NCBI GenBank assembly: GCA_963806185.1
Contig: CAWDXE010000004.1
Coordinates: 352,001-416,000, forward strand
Reading direction: 5' to 3'
From: an uncultured candidate division Zixibacteria bacterium
GTDB taxonomy: Bacteria > Zixibacteria > MSB-5A5 > GN15 > FEB-12
Length of the DNA: 64,000 nucleotides
The notes beneath the pieces were generated by a model that saw nothing but the letters and a program-made list of their open reading frames with translations, made no database searches and was not told the DNA's origin. A program made the translations under genes and the position numbers. Position 1 is the first letter of the stretch; every line of letters starts with the position of its first letter. Positions 30,476 through 39,339 of this stretch are shown one piece after another.

Positions 30476-31943
30476 TATAAAAATTCTTATTGTTTCTCCC
30501 GAAGCCGGGCCGTTCGCTCGCACGGGAGGCTTGGGCGACGTTATCGCCGCCCTGCCGAAGGCTCTGGCGGCAATGGGGGCCGACGTAAAGCTCATGCTTC
30601 CGCACTATCGGCAGATTGACGGTGAGCAGTACCGGCTCGATGAAATGCCCTCCCCGGGTGTACTCAGGATCGGCGGAGCGCCGAAGCCGATCTCGGTGGC
30701 GACCTATCGTGAATCGAAATCACGGGTGGAAGTCTACTTCATTGGCGGCGGAGACTACTTCGATCGCTCAGGGCTATACGTCGACAAAGCGACCGGGAAA
30801 GACTTTGTCGACAACGACGAGCGATATGCCTTCTTCACTCGTGCGGCATTGGAGACGGTCAAGAAGCTGAACTGGCGGCCGGATGTCATCCATATTCAGG
30901 ACTGGCAGACCGCCTTGATTCCGGCATGGCTGAAGACTGCCTATGCAACCGATCCGTTCTTCCAGGGTGTGAAAAGCGTATTGACGATTCACAATCTGGG
31001 ATACCAGGGGATATTTCCGATGGGGCAGTTCGCGCCGTTGGGACTCCCCGAGAAGTACATGTACGCCGTGACCGGTCCGTTTGAATTTTTCGGCAAGGTG
31101 AATTTCCTTAAAGGGGGGATCGTATTGGCGGACAAGATCACGGCCGTCTCACCGCGCTACGCCCAGGAAATTACGTTGTCGGATGAATTTGGATTCGGCC
31201 TGGAAGGCGTGCTTCGCGATCGGGCGAGCGATTTGACGGGCATACTCAACGGCGTCGACTACGCCGTATGGTCACCCGCCAAGGATAAGCGGATTCCGTA
31301 TAAGTTCAACCTCAAGAATCTTTCGGGCAAACGTCGGACAAAGATCGATCTCCTCGGCCGGGCTAAATTGCCTATTCGCGAAACCGCCCCGCTCATCGGG
31401 ATCATCTCTCGTTTGACGGATCAGAAGGGCTGGGATCTGATTGCCGAGGCCGCGGACGGGTTATTCGGACTCAATCTTCAGATGGTGGTGCTGGGCGTCG
31501 GCGAAAAGAAGTACGAAGCACTGCTGGAGAAACTTCAGCGCCAATATCCGGATCGGCTGAAGGTCTATTTGAATTTCGATGATACGCTGGCTCATCAGAT
31601 TGAAGCTGCGGCTGACATGTTTCTTATGCCGAGCAAATACGAGCCCTGCGGCCTGAACCAGCTGTATTCGCTCCGCTACGGCACCGTACCGATCGTTCAT
31701 CGCGTCGGCGGTCTGGCGGACACAGTGGACGATTTTGATCCGGCCACCGGTGCAGGCACCGGATTTGTCTTCGACCAGTACACGCCCGAGGCGATGCTTG
31801 AGGCGATTCGCCGAGCGCTCGCGCTCTACAAGCGCAAGAGAGTTTGGTCGAGGCTGATGAAGGCCGGCATGACACGGGACTTCTCGTGGGAGAATTCGGC
31901 GCGTCAATATCTTGAGTTATTCCGGCAAACAGCCGGGAAGTAA
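30453..31943 (+). CDS. glgA: Glycogen synthase (GT5)
   Basis: PFARTGGLGDV, HIQDWQT, TIHNLGYQG, SRLTDQKG, PSKYEPCGLNQL and VGGLADTV. Confidence 0.95.
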   Translation: MSQAKMGDIKILIVSPEAGPFARTGGLGDVIAALPKALAAMGADVKLMLPHYRQIDGEQYRLDEMPSPGVLRIGGAPKPISVATYRESKSRVEVYFIGGGDYFDRSGLYVDKATGKDFVDNDERYAFFTRAALETVKKLNWRPDVIHIQDWQTALIPAWLKTAYATDPFFQGVKSVLTIHNLGYQGIFPMGQFAPLGLPEKYMYAVTGPFEFFGKVNFLKGGIVLADKITAVSPRYAQEITLSDEFGFGLEGVLRDRASDLTGILNGVDYAVWSPAKDKRIPYKFNLKNLSGKRRTKIDLLGRAKLPIRETAPLIGIISRLTDQKGWDLIAEAADGLFGLNLQMVVLGVGEKKYEALLEKLQRQYPDRLKVYLNFDDTLAHQIEAAADMFLMPSKYEPCGLNQLYSLRYGTVPIVHRVGGLADTVDDFDPATGAGTGFVFDQYTPEAMLEAIRRALALYKRKRVWSRLMKAGMTRDFSWENSARQYLELFRQTAGK

Positions 31944-31967
31944 CGAGACATCAGGAATAATCACACT

Positions 31968-33852
31968 TTGAAGCAGCTTCGCGGTGACATCCTGTGGGCG
32001 CTGCCGGCGATAGCGTTGTACGCTGCCCTGACGTGGACGTTGAATTTCACGCAGGACGACGCGTACATCAGCTACCGGTACGTGGCGAATTTTCTGGCGG
32101 GGCATGGCTTGGTCTGGAATGTTGGGGAGCGGGTGGAGGGGTTCACGAATTTTGGGTGGGTGGTGTGGCAGATTTTGTGGGGTGGGCTTGGGAGTCAGCT
32201 ACATTGCGGTGTCGAAGGTGACGGGGGTGGTGCTGGGCGGTTTGACGGTATTTTTCGGGTTCAAGCTGGCGCGGCAGGTCTTTTCCCAGCCCTCGCAGGT
32301 GTGGTATGCGGTGGTGGCGGTATTGCTGGTGGGGGCGAATGCGAGTCTGGCGTACTGGTCACCGGCGGGTCTGGAGACGTCGGCGTTTGTGTTTAGCGCG
32401 ACGTTGTGTCTGTATTTTTATATTCGTCGGAGCTGGTTGTTGATTGCGAGCATGCTGTGGGTAGTGTGGTTGCGTCCGGACGGAGCGGTGGTGTGCGGGT
32501 TGGTGGTGTTGATCGAGGCGCTGGTGGAGCGGCGGGTGCCGAAATTCACGTTGTTGTCGGTGGTGATGGCCTTTGTGCTGTCGCTGCCGCTGGTGGGATT
32601 CAAGATATCGTATTATGGGGGAATCTTACCCAATCCCTTCTATGCGAAAACCAGTTTGTCGTTGGAGCAGTTGTGGAACGGTCTGGAGTACGCTCGGATG
32701 TTTGCCCGGGACTATGGGTTCTGGGGGATCGGTTTCGTCGTGGCGGCCGTTTTCTATCGCCGTTTAAATGCTGCTGCTCGCGCGCTCTTCTGGTTTGGCC
32801 TGGGATTCAGCCTGTACATCGTATTCATCGGCGGTGATGTTCTGAAAGTGCATCGCTTTTTCCTGCCGCTGGTCCTTCCGTCAGCTATAGTATCTTCCGT
32901 TGCCATCTTCCTGCTGCTGCAGAAGGTTCGCTCGCGTGTCCTGCACTTGGGTGTCCTTGGCCTGGTGACTCTCGGATTGATGGGGCTGACCTGGTCTCTG
33001 CCCCGGCCAACCGTTTTGAGATATAATTTCGCCGAGAAATCGCTCACTCACAGCATGTTCTTCATGGCCGAACAAATGCGAGCGTATGATTCGACGTCGT
33101 TTTCGGTGGCCACGCCGACGATCGGGAGTCTTGGCTATGCCCTGTTGGGGCATGATGTCATCGATATGCTTGGCCTCACGGATTCGACCATCGCTCGACA
33201 TCCCGAACCGCCGATTCCCGGAATGCAGACGACCTGGAAGGAGGCTAATCTCAACACTCCGTACCTCCTTCAGAAGGGTCCTGACTACATACTGTTTTCT
33301 ACCGGCATCAAGCCGTCGGCGCCGGCGGAACGCGCCCTCTATCTTTACCGCCAGTTTCTGGATGCCTACCGGATTATCAGCTGGCCGTACGTTGGACCCG
33401 AGCCGAATGCCACCGCGTATGAGAACGGCGTCTACAAAAAGATGCATCCAATCACGGGGGACGTTGTGCGTCGCTATTCGTTAGCCTGGGTCGAAGAACT
33501 GCGGGACGGGATGCAGGTTTTCAATTATGAGCCCCAGGAAGGACTGGGACACTTTCAGAAGTCAGTCGACTTATTGCCGGATTCTCCGTATGTTTACTCA
33601 ATGTACTTTGCGGCTTCCTGCCTTATGTCGCTCAAGCGATATGACGAGGCTTTCCGACTACTGAACGACATTCTGGCTCGCGATTCGCTCGTGCCATACG
33701 TTCACCAGCAGATGCTCTGGGGGGCTGCAAAGCGAAACGACACCGCCGCGATAGCGCTCCACCAGCGATGGCTCCTGCGTCTGAGTCCCTGGGTCTTTCG
33801 CCGTGACTTGATGATAAATGAACAGATGATCAAGCTGGGTCGTCATCCTTGA
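31968..33852 (+). CDS. GT-C fold membrane glycosyltransferase (AftB-like) with a C-terminal TPR-like region, paralog 1; frameshift near 32189
   Basis: QDDAYISYRY...GERVEGFTN, GLET, RPDG, PNPFYAK and IDMLGLTD. It has one extra base relative to paralog 2. Confidence 0.8.
32034..32657 (+). repeat. Near-identical direct repeat, copy A (partner 34042-34664)
   Basis: Manual alignment gives about 14 substitutions and one indel over about 624 bp. Confidence 0.92.
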
Positions 33853-33915
33853 TAAACGCCTGCCTCGTGAAAGACAGAATTCATCCTGGCCGCCGGAAAG
33901 AGATGAATTAATAAT

Positions 33916-35841
33916 ATGAAGAGAGCATCACCTTCCCGTACCCGGAAAGACTCCCCCAAGGGTGTTGCGGACTGGGCAAAGAATCATCTCACTGACATTC
34001 TCCTGGCCCTGCCGGCGTTGGGACTGTTTGGCTATTTCGTCTGGACGTTGAATTTCACGCAGGACGACGCGTACATCAGCTACCGGTACGTGGCGAATTT
34101 TCTGGCGGGGCATGGCTTGGTCTGGAATGTTGGGGAGCGGGTGGAGGGGTTCACGAATTTTGGGTGGGTGGTGTGGCAGATTTTGTGGGGTGGGCTGGGA
34201 ATCAGTTACATCGCGGTGTCGAAGGTGACGGGTGTGGTGCTGGGGGGGATGACGGTCTATTTCGGGTTCAAGCTGGCGCGTCAGGTATTTTCCCAGCCCT
34301 CTCAGGTGTGGTATGCGGTGGTGGCGGTATTGCTGGTGGGGGCGAATGCGAGTCTGGCGTACTGGTCACCGGCGGGTCTGGAGACGTCGGCGTTTGTGTT
34401 TAGCGCGACGTTGTGTCTGTATTTTTATATTCGTCGGAGCTGGTTGTTGATTGCGAGCATGCTGTGGGTAGTGTGGTTGCGTCCGGACGGAGCGGTGGTG
34501 TGCGGGTTGGTGGTGTTGATCGAGGCGCTGGTGGAGCGGCGGGTGCCGAAATTCACGTTGTTGTCGGTGGTGATGGCCTTTGTGCTGTCGCTGCCGCTGG
34601 TGGGATTCAAGTTGTCGTATTATGGGGGAATCTTACCCAATCCCTTCTATGCGAAAACCAGTTTCACGGTGGATCAGTTGGCAGTGGGGGGAGCCTACGT
34701 ATGGAAGTTTGCCCGACACTACGCCTTTTACGGCATCGGTTTTCTGGCGGCCGCCCTGTTTTATCGTCGACTCAATGATGCTGCCCGCGCGATCTTCTGG
34801 TTTGGCGTGGGATTCACGGCTTACATCATTGTCATAGGTGGCGACGTACTCTATGTGCACCGATTCCTCCTGCCGGTGGTTATCCCGACAGCCGTCGTGA
34901 CAATAGCGTCCTTGTATCTGGGGCTCAGTTTCCTCCGATCGAGTGGACTGAAGTATCTTATGCTCGGCATCGTCGCGACCGTTCTACTGGCGTTAACCTG
35001 GTGGGGTCCCAAGGCCGAAGTGCAGCGGTACAATAATGCCGAAAAGTCGTTCACGGCCAAAATGCAATTTACGGCCGAGCAGATGCTACAGACGGATTCC
35101 AGCAATTTCTCAGTCGCGGTACCGACGATCGGGCTATTCGGTTATACCCTTCTCGGCCACGACATCATCGACATGGTCGGTCTGACCGATTCGACAATCG
35201 CGCGCTACTCGGAGCCGCCGATTCCCGGAATGCAGACAACGTGGAAAGAACAGAAACACAATTCCCGATATCTGCTGACGCGAGGGCCCGATTACATAGT
35301 GTTTTCGACCGGGGCCAAACCGTCAGCTCCAGCGGAGCGGGCACTTCTCCTCTATCCTGCGTTCATGAATGCCTATCGTACCGTCGGCTGGTATGCGGGA
35401 GATCCGAACAACCCAGCGCGCGGCGTGATCAATCCGGCATACAAAAAGGTGCGGCCCATCAAGCCCGAGGAATTGGAGCCGACCTATCCGGTCGCGTATG
35501 TCCAGTACTACAAAACGGGACTTGATCGCTACACACAGCGCAAATGGGCGGAAGCGATTCCGTATCTGGATTCAGCCATGCAAGTGTCGCCCGACCCGGA
35601 TTACGTGTATATCAAGTACTACAAAGCGTTTTGCCTGATGATGCAGAACCGGTTTGAGGAAGGATACGTGCTGTGCAACCAGATCGTGGCTCAGGATTCG
35701 ACCGTCTATGAAGCGCATAAAGAGCTGTTCCTGATGGACACCGAAATGGGGAATACCGCCAAGGCGGCGATTCATGAACGGTGGCTTGAGAAACTGGTCC
35801 CCTGGTTTGTGCCTCGGTTACGAGCGTTCAACCGATCCTAG
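33916..35841 (+). CDS. GT-C fold membrane glycosyltransferase (AftB-like) with a C-terminal TPR-like region, paralog 2
   Basis: Same motifs as paralog 1 in an intact 641-aa ORF. Confidence 0.85.
   Translation: MKRASPSRTRKDSPKGVADWAKNHLTDILLALPALGLFGYFVWTLNFTQDDAYISYRYVANFLAGHGLVWNVGERVEGFTNFGWVVWQILWGGLGISYIAVSKVTGVVLGGMTVYFGFKLARQVFSQPSQVWYAVVAVLLVGANASLAYWSPAGLETSAFVFSATLCLYFYIRRSWLLIASMLWVVWLRPDGAVVCGLVVLIEALVERRVPKFTLLSVVMAFVLSLPLVGFKLSYYGGILPNPFYAKTSFTVDQLAVGGAYVWKFARHYAFYGIGFLAAALFYRRLNDAARAIFWFGVGFTAYIIVIGGDVLYVHRFLLPVVIPTAVVTIASLYLGLSFLRSSGLKYLMLGIVATVLLALTWWGPKAEVQRYNNAEKSFTAKMQFTAEQMLQTDSSNFSVAVPTIGLFGYTLLGHDIIDMVGLTDSTIARYSEPPIPGMQTTWKEQKHNSRYLLTRGPDYIVFSTGAKPSAPAERALLLYPAFMNAYRTVGWYAGDPNNPARGVINPAYKKVRPIKPEELEPTYPVAYVQYYKTGLDRYTQRKWAEAIPYLDSAMQVSPDPDYVYIKYYKAFCLMMQNRFEEGYVLCNQIVAQDSTVYEAHKELFLMDTEMGNTAKAAIHERWLEKLVPWFVPRLRAFNRS
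34042..34664 (+). repeat. Near-identical direct repeat, copy B (partner 32034-32657)
   Basis: See copy A. Confidence 0.92.
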
Positions 35842-35883
35842 TCGAGCAAGGTAGAGCAGACCCGGGACGTGACCCAAAATGAG

Positions 35884-35911
35884 TTGACAACCGTCCCGGT
35901 CCGCGTATATT
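35884..35911 (+). promoter_or_regulatory. Sigma70-type promoter for tRNA-Gly/Cys
   Basis: TTGACA-N16-TATATT. Confidence 0.6.
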
Positions 35912-35937
35912 AGAAGCCGTCTTAAAAAGTCGTTAAA

Positions 35938-36014
<77 letters not shown>

Positions 36015-36021
36015 ATTCTTG

Positions 36022-36093
<72 letters not shown>

Positions 36094-36380
36094 CTTTTTT
36101 TCTCCCCTGATTATTCCCGTCCGTAGAAAAGACTTTCCTGAGTCTGGGTACCATCAATTTCGAACGCTTAAGACGAGTCAAGAAAGATGCCACCGAAACA
36201 GGTCGATCGGAATCTTCACTATCCTGTATATCTATTTTAATTTCAACGATTTCTGGGCTTTAGATTCTCGGCACTTTGTGAAAAAAATAGTAAATCAGGC
36301 CTTGATTAGTCCTGTATAATTGCATATATTGGTCGGCAACAGGAATGATCGCCGCATCTTATAAACGAGGAGGTTTGACC

Positions 36381-36566
36381 ATGGCGATGAAAATTACCGA
36401 AGAATGCACCGCTTGCGGTCTTTGTTTGCCGGAGTGCCCGACGAATTCGATTTCGGAAGGTGATATCTATCTGATCGACGCGGCTAGCTGCAATGAGTGT
36501 TCTGATCAGAGCGATGGCCCGCATTGCCAGGCTGTGTGTCCCGTCGACTGCATCATAAAAGCGTAG
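36381..36566 (+). CDS. 2[4Fe-4S] ferredoxin (YfhL/Alvin-like)
   Basis: CTACGLCLPECP and CNEC-x8-CQAVCP; GGAGG RBS. Confidence 0.92.
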   Translation: MAMKITEECTACGLCLPECPTNSISEGDIYLIDAASCNECSDQSDGPHCQAVCPVDCIIKA

Positions 36567-36595
36567 CATTATTGCTAAATGCTTCCATGAAGATG

Positions 36596-36626
36596 GGCTG
36601 TCACGAGTTTCGTGACGGCCTTTTTT
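36596..36626 (+). terminator. Rho-independent terminator of the ferredoxin gene
   Basis: GGCTGTCACGA-gtt-TCGTGACGGCC followed by TTTTTT. Confidence 0.85.
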
Positions 36627-36659
36627 GTGCCGTTGGGGAGCGAGACGGGCGTGGCGGGC

Positions 36660-36740
36660 AAAAAAAAGAGGGCGCTACTCTGGTTGGGTAGAGGGGGCTA
36701 GGAAACTACCCAGGGACAGCAGAGAGTCACCCTCGTCAGT
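36660..36740 (-). ncRNA. Candidate small RNA (long hairpin, C-rich loop, U8 tail)
   Basis: Minus-strand TTGACA at 36768-36773, a 67-nt nested hairpin at 36668-36734 and a poly-T tail. No known family recognised. Confidence 0.45.
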
Positions 36741-36832
36741 CGTAAAAATGTATGGCCGCTTCCACGTTGTCAAGTGCGATATTGAGCGATCGATCAGAGA
36801 CGACAAGATCGTTCTCACTGATTTTTATCGAC

Positions 36833-37528
36833 CTAATAGCGGACGACTTTAACGGGTACGGTGACAAATAGGGGTTCACGTGCACCGCGAACCGCGAGCA
36901 TCACCCGGACATTCGTGTTGTACGTTCCGGCTGCAAGTTTCTCTCGTGGAACAACTTCAAAGTCCACTTTACCGCCCTTTGGGGCGCTGGGGTGGATAAC
37001 GCGAACTGTCACCAGACTGTCATACGACTCGATTGCCGATACTTCCATCAACGAGGCAGCCGGGTTGATGATGCTGAAGATGCGCGATTTCTGCGGCGGC
37101 AGAAAAAACAACGAAATCGGTTCCGGCTTGATGCCGTAAAGCCACTGGCCCACCGTTGCAAGATAGTAAACCTGAAGAGGACTGTTGCCTCTTTCCGTCG
37201 TATACACACTGAGCAGCTTGCTGATTCGGCCGTAGAAATTAGTCGTCTCGAATATTACGCGCACCACGGCCGTGTCGTTTGGCCCGGCGAGCGAGTCGAC
37301 CAAAATGACGGTGGTGCAGCCACAGTCGGAGCGAGCGGAGTCGATCCTGATCGGCGTGCTGCCGACGTTGACGAATTTGAAATCATGAGTGACGAAGAAT
37401 TCAATCGCCACGGCGCCGAAGTCATAGGTATGCTCAACCGGCACCAGCGTGGCGCCGGCAGAGGCGAAGATGGCCACTACACATATGGCACAGAGGGTCA
37501 GTATTCGTTGGATCATTCGCGTGTGCAT
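36833..37528 (-). CDS. DUF1573 domain exported protein
   Basis: YDFG...HDFKFVNVGSTPIRID...SDCGCT and a signal peptide. Confidence 0.85.
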   Translation of the reverse strand: MHTRMIQRILTLCAICVVAIFASAGATLVPVEHTYDFGAVAIEFFVTHDFKFVNVGSTPIRIDSARSDCGCTTVILVDSLAGPNDTAVVRVIFETTNFYGRISKLLSVYTTERGNSPLQVYYLATVGQWLYGIKPEPISLFFLPPQKSRIFSIINPAASLMEVSAIESYDSLVTVRVIHPSAPKGGKVDFEVVPREKLAAGTYNTNVRVMLAVRGAREPLFVTVPVKVVRY

Positions 37529-38518
37529 CAGTCAACCGTCTCAACTTTTGGCAGGTATCCTTGCGAGCGCATCCAGGCATCATTATAACATTTGCTCAAA
37601 TACCTGATCCCGGCATCGGCGAAGATGCCGATGATGAGTGCTTCCGGGCCCAGACGGCGGGCAATATGGGCCATCGCGAAGGCCACGGCCCCGGACGATC
37701 CGCCGCCGGAGATTCCCTCGCGAATGGCGATCTCACGTGCGCGCAGAAATGAGTCCCGGTCGGACACCGTCACTACTTCGTCGACCAGCTGGGGATGCAG
37801 CGCTTCGGTAATCACGTCCGAACCGATACCCTCGACCTTGTACGCCGTTCCTTCAACTTCCTTGCGATCGCGAATCCAGTCGGCAAAGATCGAGCCCTCC
37901 GGGATCAACTGCGATTGCGCGAACAGCCGGGTTCTTCTCTTTCAGAAATCGTGCCGTACCGGAGAACGTCCCGCCGGTGCCAATCCCGGCGACGAAATGG
38001 GTAATCTTTCCTTCGGTGTTTTCCCAGATCTCAGGTCCGGTTGAGACGTAGTGGGCTTCGACATTGTCCTGGCTGTTGTATTGATCCAGGTCAAAATAGC
38101 CGTGTTCCTTGGCGAGACGACGGGCCACCATATAGCATCCCTTTGGGTCGTGGTGACCGGCCTCGGTAGGCGTAATAATCACTTTGGCGCCGAACGACTT
38201 GATAAGATCAACTTTCTCCTGGCTGGTCTTTTCCGGGGTGACCAAAATCGCTTTGAGGCCATATTGGCAGGCGATCATGGCGAGGGATGAACCGGTATTG
38301 CCGGAGGTGTTGTCGATGACGGTATCGCCAGGTTTCACCTTGCCTTGGGCGACTGCTTTGGCGATGATATGTTTGACCATCCGATCCTTCACCGAGCCGG
38401 TCGGATTGTAGCATTCCAATTTCACATAGCACTTCGGGCCGGGATCAGGAATGCCGGTCCGCAACCGGACCAACGGGGTATTGCCGACCAGGTCCAGAAC
38501 GTTTTCGTAGGCGCGCAT
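37528..38518 (-). CDS. PLP-dependent cysteine synthase/cystathionine beta-synthase family protein; frameshift near 37900
   Basis: VGNTPLV, NPTGSVKDR, TSGNTG, GIGTGGT, VEGIG and GGSSG. Confidence 0.9.
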
Positions 38519-38679
38519 GCAATCTCCTTTTGAGTCACAGATGTTATACAATCCTGGCCGGCAATTCAAGACTTTAATTCAGACTCCCTGCGGGGGTCTT
38601 TTATGTTGACAGTTTCCCTCTGATCGTATATCAAGGGCGCGTGTTCCCGGGGGTAGGGAACGGAACAAAAGGAATACTC

Positions 38680-39270
38680 ATGTCACGAATTTACATAGCC
38701 ATACTCCTCCTGGCCATTACGTCCGGATGCTCCGACAAGCAGAAGGAGGCCGACCGGCTGGCCGCCGAGGTTAAGGCGATGGCCGCCAGCGACAGCACCA
38801 AGGATACCTTGGCAGCAGCCGCCGATACCGGGGTGATCGACACCCAGATAGTACCGCCAGAGACGACAGTCGAATCTGTGCCAACCAGTGACGCCGAATT
38901 GGCACAAAATCAGACGTTGGATTCGCCAGTATCATCGCCTGACACGGCCGCCGCTCAGGATACCACGCCGCAAGCCACGGAGACACCGGTCGATACGGCT
39001 GCTATTTCACCAGGCATGCCGCCTCGCCCGGCCGATGACGGCTTCGTAGTGCAAATCGCAAGCACAGTGGATGCGAACGAAGCCAAAGAGACAGTGGCTC
39101 GATTCGTCGAATTTGGCTATCCGGCCTTCCCGCAAGCGGCTCAGGTCGAGGGTACGGTGTGGTATCGGGTGCGCATCGGCCCGTATCCCACCACGCGGGA
39201 AGCTGGTAACGTTCTGGCGGAGCTGAATCAGAAGTACCAGGTATCCGGCTGGATCGCCAAACACCACTAG
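38680..39270 (+). CDS. SPOR domain lipoprotein
   Basis: Lipobox TSGC, a low-complexity linker and FVVQIAS...WYRVRIGPY. Confidence 0.88.
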   Translation: MSRIYIAILLLAITSGCSDKQKEADRLAAEVKAMAASDSTKDTLAAAADTGVIDTQIVPPETTVESVPTSDAELAQNQTLDSPVSSPDTAAAQDTTPQATETPVDTAAISPGMPPRPADDGFVVQIASTVDANEAKETVARFVEFGYPAFPQAAQVEGTVWYRVRIGPYPTTREAGNVLAELNQKYQVSGWIAKHH

Positions 39271-39290
39271 GGTCAGAGTTGCGACAAAAC

Positions 39291-39318
39291 AAAAGGGCCG
39301 GTAAGACCGGCCCTTCTT
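39291..39318. terminator. Bidirectional terminator between the SPOR gene and the second S9 gene
   Basis: AAGGGCCGGT-aag-ACCGGCCCTT flanked by A- and T-rich tracts. Confidence 0.7.
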
Positions 39319-39339
39319 CATCCTATCTGTAACTCCTGC

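Noticed and set aside
32034..34664. Diversity-generating retroelement (TR/VR pair)
   Set aside because: The differences are not adenine-specific, are mostly synonymous and lie in the 5' part of the genes, and there is no reverse transcriptase in the window.
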